Notes under the pieces: generated by a model
The model's database searches: none
Seen by the model: only the letters and a program-made list of their open reading frames with translations
What the model was told of the DNA's origin: nothing
Assembly: GCA_036960375.1 (NCBI GenBank)
Contig: JBALVY010000001.1
Coordinates: 384,563-448,562, forward strand
Direction: 5' to 3'
DNA: 64,000 bases
DNA from: Pseudomonadales bacterium
Lineage (GTDB): Bacteria; Pseudomonadota; Gammaproteobacteria; Pseudomonadales; CAWVSB01
Made by a program: the position numbers and the translations under genes
In this document: piece by piece, positions 38,625 to 48,547 of the stretch
How positions within the stretch are numbered: the stretch's first letter is position 1
Layout: each line of letters starts with the position of its first letter

Positions 38625-39599
38625 TTAGCGTTTAGTTGCCACCATAGTCGCACGTAGAGGTGCTGGATAACCTTCGAGTGTTTTACTATCGTCGTCTGGA
38701 TCCAGAAAATCCACCAGAGAATGAAATTTCATCCAGTCGGTCGCGCGTTGCTCTTGCGCAGTAGTACGTGAAATGTCTACCGCATGTACATCTGTGAAAC
38801 CCACCCTTTCAAGCCAGTGAGTTAATTCATCGACGCTGGGCAAAAACCACACGTTGCGCATTTGCGCGTAGCGATCACCGGGTACCAGTATCTGGCCAGC
38901 GGTGCCCTCTATTACCAGTGTTTCTAGAACCAGTTCACCGCCGGGTCGCAGCGCGGCCTTTAGCTCTTCAAGGTGATCAAAGGGGGACTTTCTGTGGTAC
39001 AGAACCCCCATCGAAAATACGCTATCAAATGCCTGCATATTGGCGGGCATATCTTCTGAGCGCAGCGGTAGCAGGTGAACCGGATGTTGACCCAGATATT
39101 TTTTGACGGCATGAAACTGGTAAAGGAATTTTTGTGACGGGTCTATGCCAACAACCAGATTGGCGCCGGCACCGCGCATGCGCCAGCAATGATAGCCGTT
39201 GCCGCAGCCGACATCTAACACGTTGCGGTAGGTCAGTGGTTGGATATGCGGTACAACGCGGTTCCATTTCCAGTCAGAGCGCCATTCGGTATCGACAAAT
39301 ACGTTGCAGAGTTTAAACGGCCCCTTGCGCCAGGGGTGCAGACCCATGAGGGCGTCCCGCAGCTGTTGTTGTTCCGCATCGCTGATGTTTTCTGGCGCGT
39401 CGGCGCTGACGGTGTCGCTATTCAGTTGTGGGTTAGTAGCTGCAAGCTCTGGCAGAGCATCAAGGGCGGCTCGCCACAGGGGATGATCACCATGAATGCG
39501 GTCAAAATATCGTGTATTCAATACTTGTTTGAAATCATCCGCAAAACGTTCCAGTCGAGTGTCTATGATGTCAGTATAAAAATCGTCGTATTGAATCAT
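38625..39599 (-). CDS. cmoB: tRNA U34 carboxymethyltransferase CmoB
   Basis: 324 aa with LHPWRKGPF and the SAM-MTase motif [11 protein letters not shown]. It overlaps cmoA by 4 nt. Confidence 0.9.
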   Translation of the reverse strand: MIQYDDFYTDIIDTRLERFADDFKQVLNTRYFDRIHGDHPLWRAALDALPELAATNPQLNSDTVSADAPENISDAEQQQLRDALMGLHPWRKGPFKLCNVFVDTEWRSDWKWNRVVPHIQPLTYRNVLDVGCGNGYHCWRMRGAGANLVVGIDPSQKFLYQFHAVKKYLGQHPVHLLPLRSEDMPANMQAFDSVFSMGVLYHRKSPFDHLEELKAALRPGGELVLETLVIEGTAGQILVPGDRYAQMRNVWFLPSVDELTHWLERVGFTDVHAVDISRTTAQEQRATDWMKFHSLVDFLDPDDDSKTLEGYPAPLRATMVATKR

Positions 39600-40324
39600 T
39601 TGATGGCCAATAGAGAAACAAAGTTAAGGCATTGAAACCAGACAAACACTTGACTGAAACCTGCCGCATGCAAGCGCTCTTTGTGAGTATCCAGCGTATC
39701 GGCTATTAAGACATTTTCAATGGCATTGCGTTTATTGGCTATTTCCAGGTCACTGTAGCCCTGGGCTCGTTTGAAATCGTGGTGCAGGGTGCTCAGTAAC
39801 TCCTGTTCCGCGAGTCCGGGGGCGGCAATCTTTTCTGACAAAATGAGAGCTCCACCGTTGTTGAGGCCGCTATAAATAGTTTGCAGCAGCGCCGGACGTG
39901 CATTTTCGGCAATAAACTGCAGAGTAAAATTCATTGCCACCACATCGGCATTGTCGATTTCGACCTGACAGATATCTTCTAGTAGGACTTCAACTGCAGC
40001 AGCGGCACCGTCTGTGGCGACAATTTCTCTGGCCTTTTCGACCATGGCAGCTGAATTATCAATAGCAATAATTTGGCAATCGTCACTCACATTATGACGC
40101 ATGGCGAGCGTAGCGGCTCCCAAAGAACAGCCGAGGTCATAGGCGCGATTACCCGGTTTAACGTAGTGGCTGGCGATAATTCCAATCATATCCAGAGTGA
40201 GACCATAACCGGGCACTGAACGACCGATCATGTCGGCAAACACAGCGGCAACATTTTCATCAAACTTGAAACTTGCAATGGTGGCTCGTCGACCAACGTA
40301 CATATCGTCTGTTTTATTGGTCAT
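39596..40324 (-). CDS. cmoA: Carboxy-S-adenosyl-L-methionine synthase CmoA
   Basis: The track ORF extends to 40399. The start at MTNKTDDMY (complement of 40322-40324) lies 4 nt after the hinT stop. [12 protein letters not shown] is the MTase fold motif. Confidence 0.85.
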   Translation of the reverse strand: MTNKTDDMYVGRRATIASFKFDENVAAVFADMIGRSVPGYGLTLDMIGIIASHYVKPGNRAYDLGCSLGAATLAMRHNVSDDCQIIAIDNSAAMVEKAREIVATDGAAAAVEVLLEDICQVEIDNADVVAMNFTLQFIAENARPALLQTIYSGLNNGGALILSEKIAAPGLAEQELLSTLHHDFKRAQGYSDLEIANKRNAIENVLIADTLDTHKERLHAAGFSQVFVWFQCLNFVSLLAIK

Positions 40325-40328
40325 GGAT

Positions 40329-40670
40329 CTAGCCCGGTGGCCAGGACATCTGTCGTCCGCCCAGGACATGCATGTGGATGTGATAAACCGTTTGACCACC
40401 CATCTCGTTGCAATTCATCGTCACTCGGTAGCCGTCTTCGGCCATGCCCTGCTCACCTGCAAGCATTGCAGCAATACGTGTAATGTGCCCGAGTAATGGT
40501 TCATCCGCAGCTTCGGTCGCATTAAGGGTGGCAATGTGGCGCTTGGGAATGACCAGAAAGTGCTGCGGCGCCTGTGGCGAAATATCTCTAAAGGCCAATA
40601 CCTGATCGTCCTGATAGATAATATCTGCTGGTATGTCGCCAGCAACAATTTTGCAAAATAGACAGTCCAT
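40329..40670 (-). CDS. HIT family (HinT-like) nucleotide hydrolase
   Basis: 113 aa. N-terminus MDCLFCKIVAGDIP and histidine triad HIHMHVLGG. Confidence 0.85.
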   Translation of the reverse strand: MDCLFCKIVAGDIPADIIYQDDQVLAFRDISPQAPQHFLVIPKRHIATLNATEAADEPLLGHITRIAAMLAGEQGMAEDGYRVTMNCNEMGGQTVYHIHMHVLGGRQMSWPPG

Positions 40671-40917
40671 GTTGATCCCCTTGGTTAACAGACGACATTT
40701 TACGTGATGCCGAGGGCCGGTGCCATGGTGAAACCGTTTCTTGTAGGAAATGTCTTACGCGTATGCCGGTCAATATCGTACATGCCCGAGGGCCATGTCT
40801 CACAGAGATTGAAGGCAATGCCCTACATATTTTTAAGCCACTTAGTAGGATACTGTTTTTACAGGGACGTGCACCCACTTTAGGGGTATTGGTAACAAGG
40901 ATGTTACTTCGTTGCTT

Positions 40918-40978
40918 GAGTTAGGTTTACCGTACCTAACTCCTTTGGCCGCAGATTCGCTCTGCGGCCTTTTATTTT
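40918..40978 (+). terminator. Two consecutive hairpins ending in a plus-strand intrinsic terminator with no annotated plus-strand gene upstream
   Basis: Hairpin 1: GAGTTAGGT (40918-40926) pairs with ACCTAACTC (40934-40942). Hairpin 2: GGCCGCAG (40947-40954) pairs with CTGCGGCC (40962-40969), followed by TTTTATTTT. Confidence 0.55.
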
Positions 40979-41340
40979 GGAGTAATACCTATTAACTGAC
41001 GTTGATTATAGCGCCCGCTCATCTTTGACATAATATCTGTCCAAAACATTTTCCAGCCATACTTTTTATGCAGGGCTTTGTAGGCATGTTTGACGTCTTC
41101 GCTATCATTTATAAGCCAGGCTTCGCAATCTTGCCACTCGCCGGTGACTTTTCCGGTGACAGTGCAGGGCGCAATACGACTTTTTCCACTATTACGCAGG
41201 CGTTTCACTTTGCCAGCGTCTGCGGCGCTGAATACGTAGTAATGATGCTCATCGGGAGCAAACCATACTGGGGTCTCTATACACGACCCATCACGCTTAA
41301 AAGTACCAAAGCTTATGTATTGTGCGTTGTTCAAAGACAT
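40972..41340 (-). CDS. PPOX-class (pyridoxamine 5'-phosphate oxidase-like) family protein
   Basis: 122 aa. ISFGTFKRDGSCIETPVWFA...YYVFSAADAGKVKRLRNSGK follows the split-barrel PPOX/F420-type pattern. Confidence 0.65.
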   Translation of the reverse strand: MSLNNAQYISFGTFKRDGSCIETPVWFAPDEHHYYVFSAADAGKVKRLRNSGKSRIAPCTVTGKVTGEWQDCEAWLINDSEDVKHAYKALHKKYGWKMFWTDIMSKMSGRYNQRQLIGITPK

Positions 41341-41548
41341 AATCCATCCTCTGTTGTGTGCTCATATTTGTCAGCATAGTAAACTTGGTAGCGAGTTGAT
41401 AGTAGAAAAAGACGGCTTGTTTTAGGCTAAGTCACGTAGTAGCCCAGATTGTGACTTGTTAATAAAACAGTGAATAGATTGAAATCAGGGGTGATTTTCG
41501 GCTAAAACTCTAACTCACGTAATAACCGTTTAATTAGAGGTAATGGGT

Positions 41549-42505
41549 ATGTCTGGATTTTCACGCGAGTTTAATACTTTGTCGACGGCCGACGATGTCA
41601 TCGCCGGTATCGATATGACGGGAAAAACGGCGCTGATAACAGGTGCATCTACCGGCTTGGGTGCCGAGGCAGCCCGGGTGATGGCCGTGGCAGGGGCCAA
41701 AGTGATCATGGCCGTGCGCAATAGAGAAAAGGCCGAACTGGTACGGGCGTCTATTGTATCTGAGCAGCCAGAGGCACAATTAACTATTGTCGAGCTTGAA
41801 CTAGGCGATCTTGATAGCGTGCGCCGCTGCGCTGACACGGTACTAGCTGAGCATGACAGTCTCGATGTGCTATTAGCCAATGCGGGTATCATGGCGTGCG
41901 GCAAGGGTGAAACCGCTCAGGGGCACGAGATGCAATTTGGCACTAATCATCTGGGCCACTTTTTATTAACGTGTTTGTTGGTACCGGCACTGAAAAAGGC
42001 AGCACCCTCTCGGGCTGTCGTTTTGTCTTCGGCAGCGCATAAATATGGCGATGTGGATTTGGCGGACCCCGATTATCGAAACCAGGACTACGATAAGTGG
42101 ATGGCATACGGTCGCTCTAAAACAGCAAACGCACAATTTTCCGCGGAGTTAAATCGTCGTTTGGTATCTTATGGCATTACCGCCAATGCGGTACACCCGG
42201 GTATGGTTATGACGGAGCTAGGTCGTAACCTGGAACAATCTGATTTCGAACTGCTCGGCGATATGGCCAAACAGTCGGGAACCCAATTTAAAACCCCGGC
42301 TCAGGGTGCGGCGACCGAAGTTTGGGCAGCTACTGCTCCTGAGCTTGAAGGTAAAGGCGGCTTGTATCTTGAAGATTGTACTATCGGTGTATTGGCGAAA
42401 GAGGGTAATACGGGCGGCTATCAAGCATATGCCCTTGATTTGGAGGCCGCTAGTCGCTTATGGTCTGTATCTGAAAAGTTAGTCGGCCAGGTATTCGAGT
42501 TCTAA
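41549..42505 (+). CDS. SDR family oxidoreductase
   Basis: Track ORF 41543..42505; the second ATG has better spacing from GAGG. The cofactor motif TGASTGLG and catalytic YGRSK are present. Confidence 0.8.
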   Translation: MSGFSREFNTLSTADDVIAGIDMTGKTALITGASTGLGAEAARVMAVAGAKVIMAVRNREKAELVRASIVSEQPEAQLTIVELELGDLDSVRRCADTVLAEHDSLDVLLANAGIMACGKGETAQGHEMQFGTNHLGHFLLTCLLVPALKKAAPSRAVVLSSAAHKYGDVDLADPDYRNQDYDKWMAYGRSKTANAQFSAELNRRLVSYGITANAVHPGMVMTELGRNLEQSDFELLGDMAKQSGTQFKTPAQGAATEVWAATAPELEGKGGLYLEDCTIGVLAKEGNTGGYQAYALDLEAASRLWSVSEKLVGQVFEF

Positions 42506-42610
42506 GCTACCGTTCCTTTGTTGGGTTCGCGCTGAGGCTGTGTACTTAAGGGAACGAGACATGATTCAGCGCGTGATACTGGCGGCCATTTGCCCGCTAA
42601 AAGGGACACT

Positions 42611-43720
42611 ATGATTAGCAAACCACTACCCTCTTTTACGGTGGCAGCGCTTACGGCCGCGTCTTTGGTTGTTGTCTTCGCCGCTATTCGTATTGCGGAA
42701 TCCATTGTTACGCCCTTCCTTTTGGCCTTATTTATTGTGGCTGTCAGTGCGCCAGGTTTCTTCTGGTTATTACGTCGTAAAATTCCGTCCGGTTTGGCTC
42801 TGTTATTGGTCATTGCGTTTATTCTTGGTGTTGGCCTAGTACTGTCTATGTTGGTGGGTACATCAGTCGATGGTTTCGCGCGCAATATCCCGTTCTATCA
42901 AGAGCGTCTGCAGTTGATTAACGCTCAGATTGCTACCATGTTGGCGCGAGTTGGGTTAAGTATGAGCGCTGAGCAGCTAAATCATCTGGTAGATCTATCA
43001 TATGTCATGGGTTTAGTGGGCAACGGTTTTAATCGATTGTTGAGTTCTCTTGCCGACGCGTTTCTGATATTGCTATTGGTGGCATTTATGTTGCTTGAGA
43101 TGTCCAGCCTGGGTGAAAAAATTCGTCGTATATCCTCCCAGCCAGAGGCTACCATAGCCCACCTGGACTATTTTTTTGCGACGATAAACAGCTACTTTGC
43201 CATTAAATCCCTTGTCAGTATCGGGACCGGTGTTTTGATTGGCGTGGTGCTGTGGATTATGGGTATCGATTATCCTATTTTATGGGGTTTGTTGGCGTTT
43301 TTGCTTAACTACGTACCCACTATTGGTTCATTAATTGCTGCCGTGCCCGCGATATTAATGGCGCTGATACAATTCGGTTTTGCCAGCGCAGGCTGGGTTG
43401 CCGTACTTTATCTGGTGACCAACAATGTCGTAGGTAATTTAATCGAGCCGCGTTTAATGGGCCGCAGTTTGGGTTTGTCGGTGTTAGTGGTTTTCCTTTC
43501 CCTGGTATTTTGGGGTTGGTTGTTGGGCCCCGTCGGTATGTTTCTCTCCGTGCCGCTGACAATGGCTCTCAAAATTGCGCTTGAAAGTAGCCCGGAAACT
43601 GAAAAATTTGCTCTGTTTCTAGGGGATGATCAGCCTTCGGCGCAGCAAACGGACTCTAATACCAGCGATGACCGACTGCTAAGCTCTGATTCAGAACAGG
43701 AAGAAACAAGGCACGATTAA
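42611..43720 (+). CDS. AI-2E family transporter (PerM/YhhT-like)
   Basis: Track ORF 42590..43720; the ATG at 42611 is the more plausible start. It has about 8 TM helices and the conserved NNVVGNLIEPRLMG. Confidence 0.8.
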   Translation: MISKPLPSFTVAALTAASLVVVFAAIRIAESIVTPFLLALFIVAVSAPGFFWLLRRKIPSGLALLLVIAFILGVGLVLSMLVGTSVDGFARNIPFYQERLQLINAQIATMLARVGLSMSAEQLNHLVDLSYVMGLVGNGFNRLLSSLADAFLILLLVAFMLLEMSSLGEKIRRISSQPEATIAHLDYFFATINSYFAIKSLVSIGTGVLIGVVLWIMGIDYPILWGLLAFLLNYVPTIGSLIAAVPAILMALIQFGFASAGWVAVLYLVTNNVVGNLIEPRLMGRSLGLSVLVVFLSLVFWGWLLGPVGMFLSVPLTMALKIALESSPETEKFALFLGDDQPSAQQTDSNTSDDRLLSSDSEQEETRHD

Positions 43721-44466
43721 GTACCTAATATCGTTCTTTTTTCTGCTTCAAATTCCTCGTCACTGAGTGCGCCGCTATCGAATAACTCCTTGAGTGTATA
43801 GAGTTGATCGGCGCGGCTGCTGGTCTGTTGTATATTGTCTGATTCAGGGGAAGTTTTGTCGACCATCCCCAGCCATTGTCCAATTTTTCTTGCCATGGTT
43901 CGCAGTGCGCGCCAGATTTTCGGTAAAAACCATATGGCAAAGATAAGAAAGACAGCCAATAAGGCCAGAAACAGCTCGGGGTAAGTAAGGGCAACCCATA
44001 GTCCGCCGATTACTGCTATATCTTCGCCAAAAGATAAGGCCCAGTTGGTAAATGGTTCGGGTGAAGTATTCACCAGCGCTCGGGTACCCGCTTTAGTAGC
44101 ATGTGAGGTCAGGGCCAAGCCGCCACCCATAATACCAGCGCTGATCTCCCAGGCCGGGGTGACGTCGCCAACGGCGGAGGCGGCCAGCAGAGCGCCAGCC
44201 GGTATACGAATAAAGGTGTGAATTGCATCCCAGCCTGTATCTACGCCAGGGGTTTTGTCAGCGATGAATTCAGCAAAAAACATGACGCCTGCAGCCATCA
44301 TAACCATCGGGTCAGTTAGTACCAGCATTTGCTCCGGCAGATCAATATTACCGGTTGCGCCGCCAATACCCAGCATCAGTAGGGCCGCATACAGGTTGAT
44401 GCCACTGGCCCAGCCCACACCCATAGTGAGTGCAACCATGCCGATCATTGTTTGATATTCGTCCAT
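43717..44466 (-). CDS. DUF4126 membrane protein with C-terminal SHOCT-like motif
   Basis: 249 aa. FAEFIADKTPGVDTGWDAIHTFIRIPAGA is the DUF4126 signature. The C-terminus LKELFDSGALSDEEFEAEKRTIL is SHOCT-like. Confidence 0.6.
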   Translation of the reverse strand: MDEYQTMIGMVALTMGVGWASGINLYAALLMLGIGGATGNIDLPEQMLVLTDPMVMMAAGVMFFAEFIADKTPGVDTGWDAIHTFIRIPAGALLAASAVGDVTPAWEISAGIMGGGLALTSHATKAGTRALVNTSPEPFTNWALSFGEDIAVIGGLWVALTYPELFLALLAVFLIFAIWFLPKIWRALRTMARKIGQWLGMVDKTSPESDNIQQTSSRADQLYTLKELFDSGALSDEEFEAEKRTILGT

Positions 44467-44677
44467 TATGAGCCTCCCAAATAGGTCATATTTTTGTGTC
44501 TGTATTTGCTGTCTAGCTTATTGCTTGAGCCTTAAGCTCAGGTGAATGTGGCAGCAATACCATGACTATAGCTCTAGTGTGTATAGTATTTGTACGTTTT
44601 TTCTGCCAAAAAGTTCCTTTTCACTGCTTATGCGGCGTAACTTATTTTACCAAGTTGGATGAAAAACACTGAAGTAA

Positions 44678-44786
44678 GCGGGGCGAGCTAGGATCCTGAC
44701 CAAGACCTTCTGAGGCATGGATGCCGAAGTAGAGCCTACATGGACGTACTCGCGCGTGTCTTGGTCAGGATCCTCGCTCGTCCCGC
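44678..44786. repeat. 109-bp imperfect palindromic element (29-bp arms, 51-bp spacer) upstream of parC
   Basis: Left arm: GCGGGGCGAGCTAGGATCCTGACCAAGAC (44678-44706). Reverse complement of right arm (44758-44786): GCGGGACGAGCGAGGATCCTGACCAAGAC. 27 of 29 positions match, and the inner 17 bp are perfect. Confidence 0.75.
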
Positions 44787-44895
44787 GACAAGAACACGCC
44801 TTTTCACAACGAAAGCCACCAAAAAACCGCCACGAAATCCACATTTGCTGGTAGAGTACCAGCTTCAATAATGAACATATTTACAGGTAGTCAAT

Positions 44896-47148
44896 ATGTC
44901 CGAAGGGACCCCTTCTGCAGAAGATAACTACGAGCGTATACCGCTCAAACAATATACCGAAAAGGCCTATCTCGACTATTCAATGTACGTCATTCTGGAC
45001 CGAGCCTTGCCCCACGTGGGGGACGGCTTAAAGCCAGTACAGCGACGGATTATCTATGCGATGAGCGAGTTGGCCCTCAAGGCCAGTGCGAAATTTAAAA
45101 AATCGGCTAGAACCGTCGGTGATGTTATCGGTAAGTTTCACCCACATGGTGACAGCGCTGTATATGAGGCCATGGTATTAATGGCCCAGCCGTTCAGCTA
45201 CCGCTATCCCTTGATTGATGGCCAGGGTAACTGGGGCTCGCCAGATGACCCCAAGTCGTTTGCGGCGATGCGTTATACCGAATCAAAACTGACCCCTTTT
45301 GCGGAGCTGCTATTAGGCGAACTGGGGCAGGGAACAGTCGATTGGTCGCCTAACTTTGATGGCACAATGGACGAGCCGGTGACCTTGCCGGCCCAGGTGC
45401 CACATGTTTTGCTCAATGGCATTACTGGTATTGCCGTTGGTATGGCCACCGATATTCCGCCGCATAATTTACGCGAAATTATTAGCGCAACCATTCATTT
45501 ACTGGAGAGCCCCAAGGCTACGGTCGAAGACCTGTGTTTGCACGTGAAGGGTCCGGATTATCCCACAGAAGCGGAAATTATTACGCCTGTGGAAGATATG
45601 CTCAGTATCTATGAGACAGGCCGCGGCAGTATAAAAATGCGGGCTATATATGAGCTGGAGCACGGAGAAATTGTGCTCTCAGCGCTGCCTCATCAAACCT
45701 CGGGAGCAAAGGTGCTGGAGCAAATAGCGCACCAGATGCAAGCCAAGAAACTCCCCATGGTGTCCGATTTGCGAGACGAGTCGGATCATGAGAACCCTAC
45801 CCGGCTGGTGATCGTACCTCGCTCCAATCGTGTTGACACAGAAGCGCTGATGGCGCATTTGTTTGCCAGCACCGATTTAGAGAAAAATTATCGTGTGAAC
45901 ATGAACGTTATTGGAAACGATGGACGGCCCGCGGTTAAAAACCTGTTGATTATGTTGAAGGAGTGGCTGGCCTACCGTCGTGAAACAGTACGCCGCCGTC
46001 TGACCTACCGTCTGGAGAAAATACTCAAGCGCCTGCATGTATTGGACGGGCTGTTAGTTGCATACCTCAATATTGATGAAGTCATTGCTATTATTCGCCA
46101 CGAGGATCACCCCAAACAGGCGTTGATGGAACGTTTTGCCATTAGTGATATTCAGTCAGATGCCATTCTTGATTTAAAACTGAGGAATTTGGCCAAGCTT
46201 GAGGAAATGCAAATTCGTGGTGAGCAAGACGGGTTGGCAGCGGAGCGCGAAACTCTGGAAAAGACTCTCGGCTCAGATGTGCGAATGAAAACCCTGATTA
46301 AGAAAGAACTACTGGCGGTCGCCGAAGAGTTCGGTGATGAGCGCAAGTCGCCAATTGTTGCTCGAGCAGAGGCTAAGGCATTTAGCGAGCTGGATCTGCT
46401 GAGTACTGAGCCTGTGACCATCGTATTGTCGACCAAAGGCTGGATACGTTCAGCCAAGGGCCATGATATAGACCCTGCCACGCTAAGCTATAAGTCGGGC
46501 GACGATTTTGGTTTTGCTGCGCATGGTCGCAGTAATCAGCAGGTTATTGTGCTCGACTCAACCGGCCGGTCGTTCAGTGTGTCCGCTCACAATTTGCCGT
46601 CTGCGCGAGGCCAGGGTGAGCCGCTTACTGGCAAGATAAACCCACCGTCGGGTGCCACATTTGAAGGGCTGTTGATGGGTGATGACAGTCAACGCTGTCT
46701 TATCGCAAGTGATGCCGGTTATGGTTTTGTGACTACCCTGGGCAATATGTTGGCCAAGAACAAAAATGGTAAAGCTCTATTAAGTTTACCTAAGGGAGGC
46801 AGAGTACTGGCTCCCGTTCAGGTGAACAATGTGGCAGAGGATCGCGTCGTCGCGATTACTAATGAAGGCCGTATGCTGGTTTTTCCGCTTGCCGACCTGC
46901 CAGAGCTGAACAAGGGTAAGGGCAATAAAATTATCAGTATTCCCGGTACGCGAGTCCAAAGCCGCGATGAATTTGTGGTGGGTCTGACGGTTGCCGTAGC
47001 GGGTCAGACATTGGTGATTCATGCAGGCCAGCGCTACATTAAGCTAAAAGGTTCGGATTTGGATCACTATGCCGGAGAGCGAGGGCGCCGCGGTAATAAA
47101 TTACCCAGAGGCTTCCAAAAAGTAGATCGAGTTGAGATGCAGGACTGA
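44896..47148 (+). CDS. parC: DNA topoisomerase IV subunit A
   Basis: 750 aa with the GyrA/ParC N-terminus ([19 protein letters not shown], catalytic AAMRYTE). The length and lack of a GyrA box favour ParC. Confidence 0.9.
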   Translation: MSEGTPSAEDNYERIPLKQYTEKAYLDYSMYVILDRALPHVGDGLKPVQRRIIYAMSELALKASAKFKKSARTVGDVIGKFHPHGDSAVYEAMVLMAQPFSYRYPLIDGQGNWGSPDDPKSFAAMRYTESKLTPFAELLLGELGQGTVDWSPNFDGTMDEPVTLPAQVPHVLLNGITGIAVGMATDIPPHNLREIISATIHLLESPKATVEDLCLHVKGPDYPTEAEIITPVEDMLSIYETGRGSIKMRAIYELEHGEIVLSALPHQTSGAKVLEQIAHQMQAKKLPMVSDLRDESDHENPTRLVIVPRSNRVDTEALMAHLFASTDLEKNYRVNMNVIGNDGRPAVKNLLIMLKEWLAYRRETVRRRLTYRLEKILKRLHVLDGLLVAYLNIDEVIAIIRHEDHPKQALMERFAISDIQSDAILDLKLRNLAKLEEMQIRGEQDGLAAERETLEKTLGSDVRMKTLIKKELLAVAEEFGDERKSPIVARAEAKAFSELDLLSTEPVTIVLSTKGWIRSAKGHDIDPATLSYKSGDDFGFAAHGRSNQQVIVLDSTGRSFSVSAHNLPSARGQGEPLTGKINPPSGATFEGLLMGDDSQRCLIASDAGYGFVTTLGNMLAKNKNGKALLSLPKGGRVLAPVQVNNVAEDRVVAITNEGRMLVFPLADLPELNKGKGNKIISIPGTRVQSRDEFVVGLTVAVAGQTLVIHAGQRYIKLKGSDLDHYAGERGRRGNKLPRGFQKVDRVEMQD

Positions 47149-47159
47149 ATCTCAACTCG
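47128..47159. terminator. 11-bp perfect stem built from the 3' ends of convergent parC and the ytjB-like gene
   Basis: CGAGTTGAGAT (47128-47138) pairs with ATCTCAACTCG (47149-47159). The loop contains the parC stop. On the minus strand a T-run (complement of 47116-47120) follows after 7 nt. Confidence 0.4.
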
Positions 47160-48378
47160 TTAAAGCGTGATCGGTGGTTTCCGGGGTTTCGCTGGCAGGT
47201 TGGGTGACAACCGAGAATAACTGCTCACGCTGGCGCTGCAAGAGTTGCTCCAGGTCACCGTTAAGGCGTTTGAGTACATAGTTATCATTGTGCTCTGACA
47301 CCGCGATTCGACTGGAAAGGTCGCTTTCGGCCAAGGTCAGGCGGGATAGCGCTATGCTGCCGCTTTGCCGGGTCATGGCCTTTGTTTGAGCCATAGTCTG
47401 TTGCCAGTGCAGTTCCCTCAATTGTGGAGAACTTAGCTCATCCGAGCTTTCCGCTTCGCGGTCTATACCGATAGCCAGCCTGTAATCCAGTACGTCTTCT
47501 GTTGCCAGTTTTGTGATCAGTTCCTGTAATAGGCGGGCGGCGCATAGCGCGCGGAAGCCGCAGTCGGAACCGTGGCTAAATATGGCCAAATAACCTCCAT
47601 GCCATAGCTGCAGGTTTCCATCGTAGAGACGACAAACCTGGTCGGTGACGCTAAACAAATAGTCCAGTTTTGCGCTCTCTACCGGGTCAGACATGTGTTT
47701 TCCCAAATGGGAAATTCGTATCGCCATGGCAGATCTGGCACCGGTGCCCACAGAAGTTATAGTCGTGCGTCCCGGCAGGTTCTGTGCGGCCTGATTCAAT
47801 TGACCCAGTTCATCGTCCCACGGGTAGCGATTTTTAATGGCAGCGCCACTGCGGATTCGTTCGGTAATAGCCGCTAATTGCCCCGACAGGCTCGAGCCAA
47901 AAAGATAGATCAAAGGATAAACGATGACTGCCAGCGCAAGCATAAGTAGTAAGGTGGTATTGTTTAGGCTCTCTTCGACAGGTTTGTTGAATACGATTCT
48001 GGCGCTGCCGACCACAGTGTCATTGAGGGTAATGGGCAAATCCATCGCATTAGGGCTGCGACCTTGTACGGTATTGCCTGCCTCTGCCAATGGCGCTTCG
48101 GCAGCGTCAAAAATACCGGCGTATCGAATAACGGAGTGCTTGCTGATTTCCTGCAGCATCGCTTGTAGCGCGAGTCGGTCTTCTGCGACTACGGCTTCGG
48201 TGGCAGCGGACGCCAGTTGTTGCGTAAGCGCCAACACCAGTTCCTTATCCGTATGGGAGCTATTCGATTGTTGCAGGCTAATGGCATTCATCGCCAGCGC
48301 TGCGATCACAACTAAAAAAGTGAGAGGAACAGCCAGCTTGTGTGCGAGGGTAAATTTGCTGATCTGTGTATTTCTCAT
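47152..48378 (-). CDS. AhpA/YtjB (Smp)-like membrane protein with ~230-aa C-terminal extension
   Basis: The N-terminal ~170 aa follow the layout of E. coli YtjB as I recall it: TM, periplasmic segment, NNTT motif, second TM. The position divergent from serB is conserved. The C-terminal half has no motif I recognise. Confidence 0.5.
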   Translation of the reverse strand: MRNTQISKFTLAHKLAVPLTFLVVIAALAMNAISLQQSNSSHTDKELVLALTQQLASAATEAVVAEDRLALQAMLQEISKHSVIRYAGIFDAAEAPLAEAGNTVQGRSPNAMDLPITLNDTVVGSARIVFNKPVEESLNNTTLLLMLALAVIVYPLIYLFGSSLSGQLAAITERIRSGAAIKNRYPWDDELGQLNQAAQNLPGRTTITSVGTGARSAMAIRISHLGKHMSDPVESAKLDYLFSVTDQVCRLYDGNLQLWHGGYLAIFSHGSDCGFRALCAARLLQELITKLATEDVLDYRLAIGIDREAESSDELSSPQLRELHWQQTMAQTKAMTRQSGSIALSRLTLAESDLSSRIAVSEHNDNYVLKRLNGDLEQLLQRQREQLFSVVTQPASETPETTDHALTS

Positions 48379-48547
48379 ATATTGATTGTCTGACCGCGCT
48401 ACGGGATATGCTTCGTCTGGAGGGCTACTTTAGCATTGCCTGCCGTCTGATGTCAGGGCAAAAAATCAGAAGCTGCCATCTAGTGTTTGTGACGCACCCT
48501 CATGGGGTTACAATGGCGCCTCATTTATAGCAAAGAGTGGGCTTCGG

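Noticed and set aside
40707-40883. 58-codon plus-strand ORF (MPRAGAMVKPFLVGNVLRV...) in the hinT/PPOX gap, and the 96-aa minus-strand ORF 40588..40878.
   Set aside because: Neither has a Shine-Dalgarno or recognisable family features, and the two overlap each other. I kept only the terminator/hairpin observation and treat coding potential as unproven.
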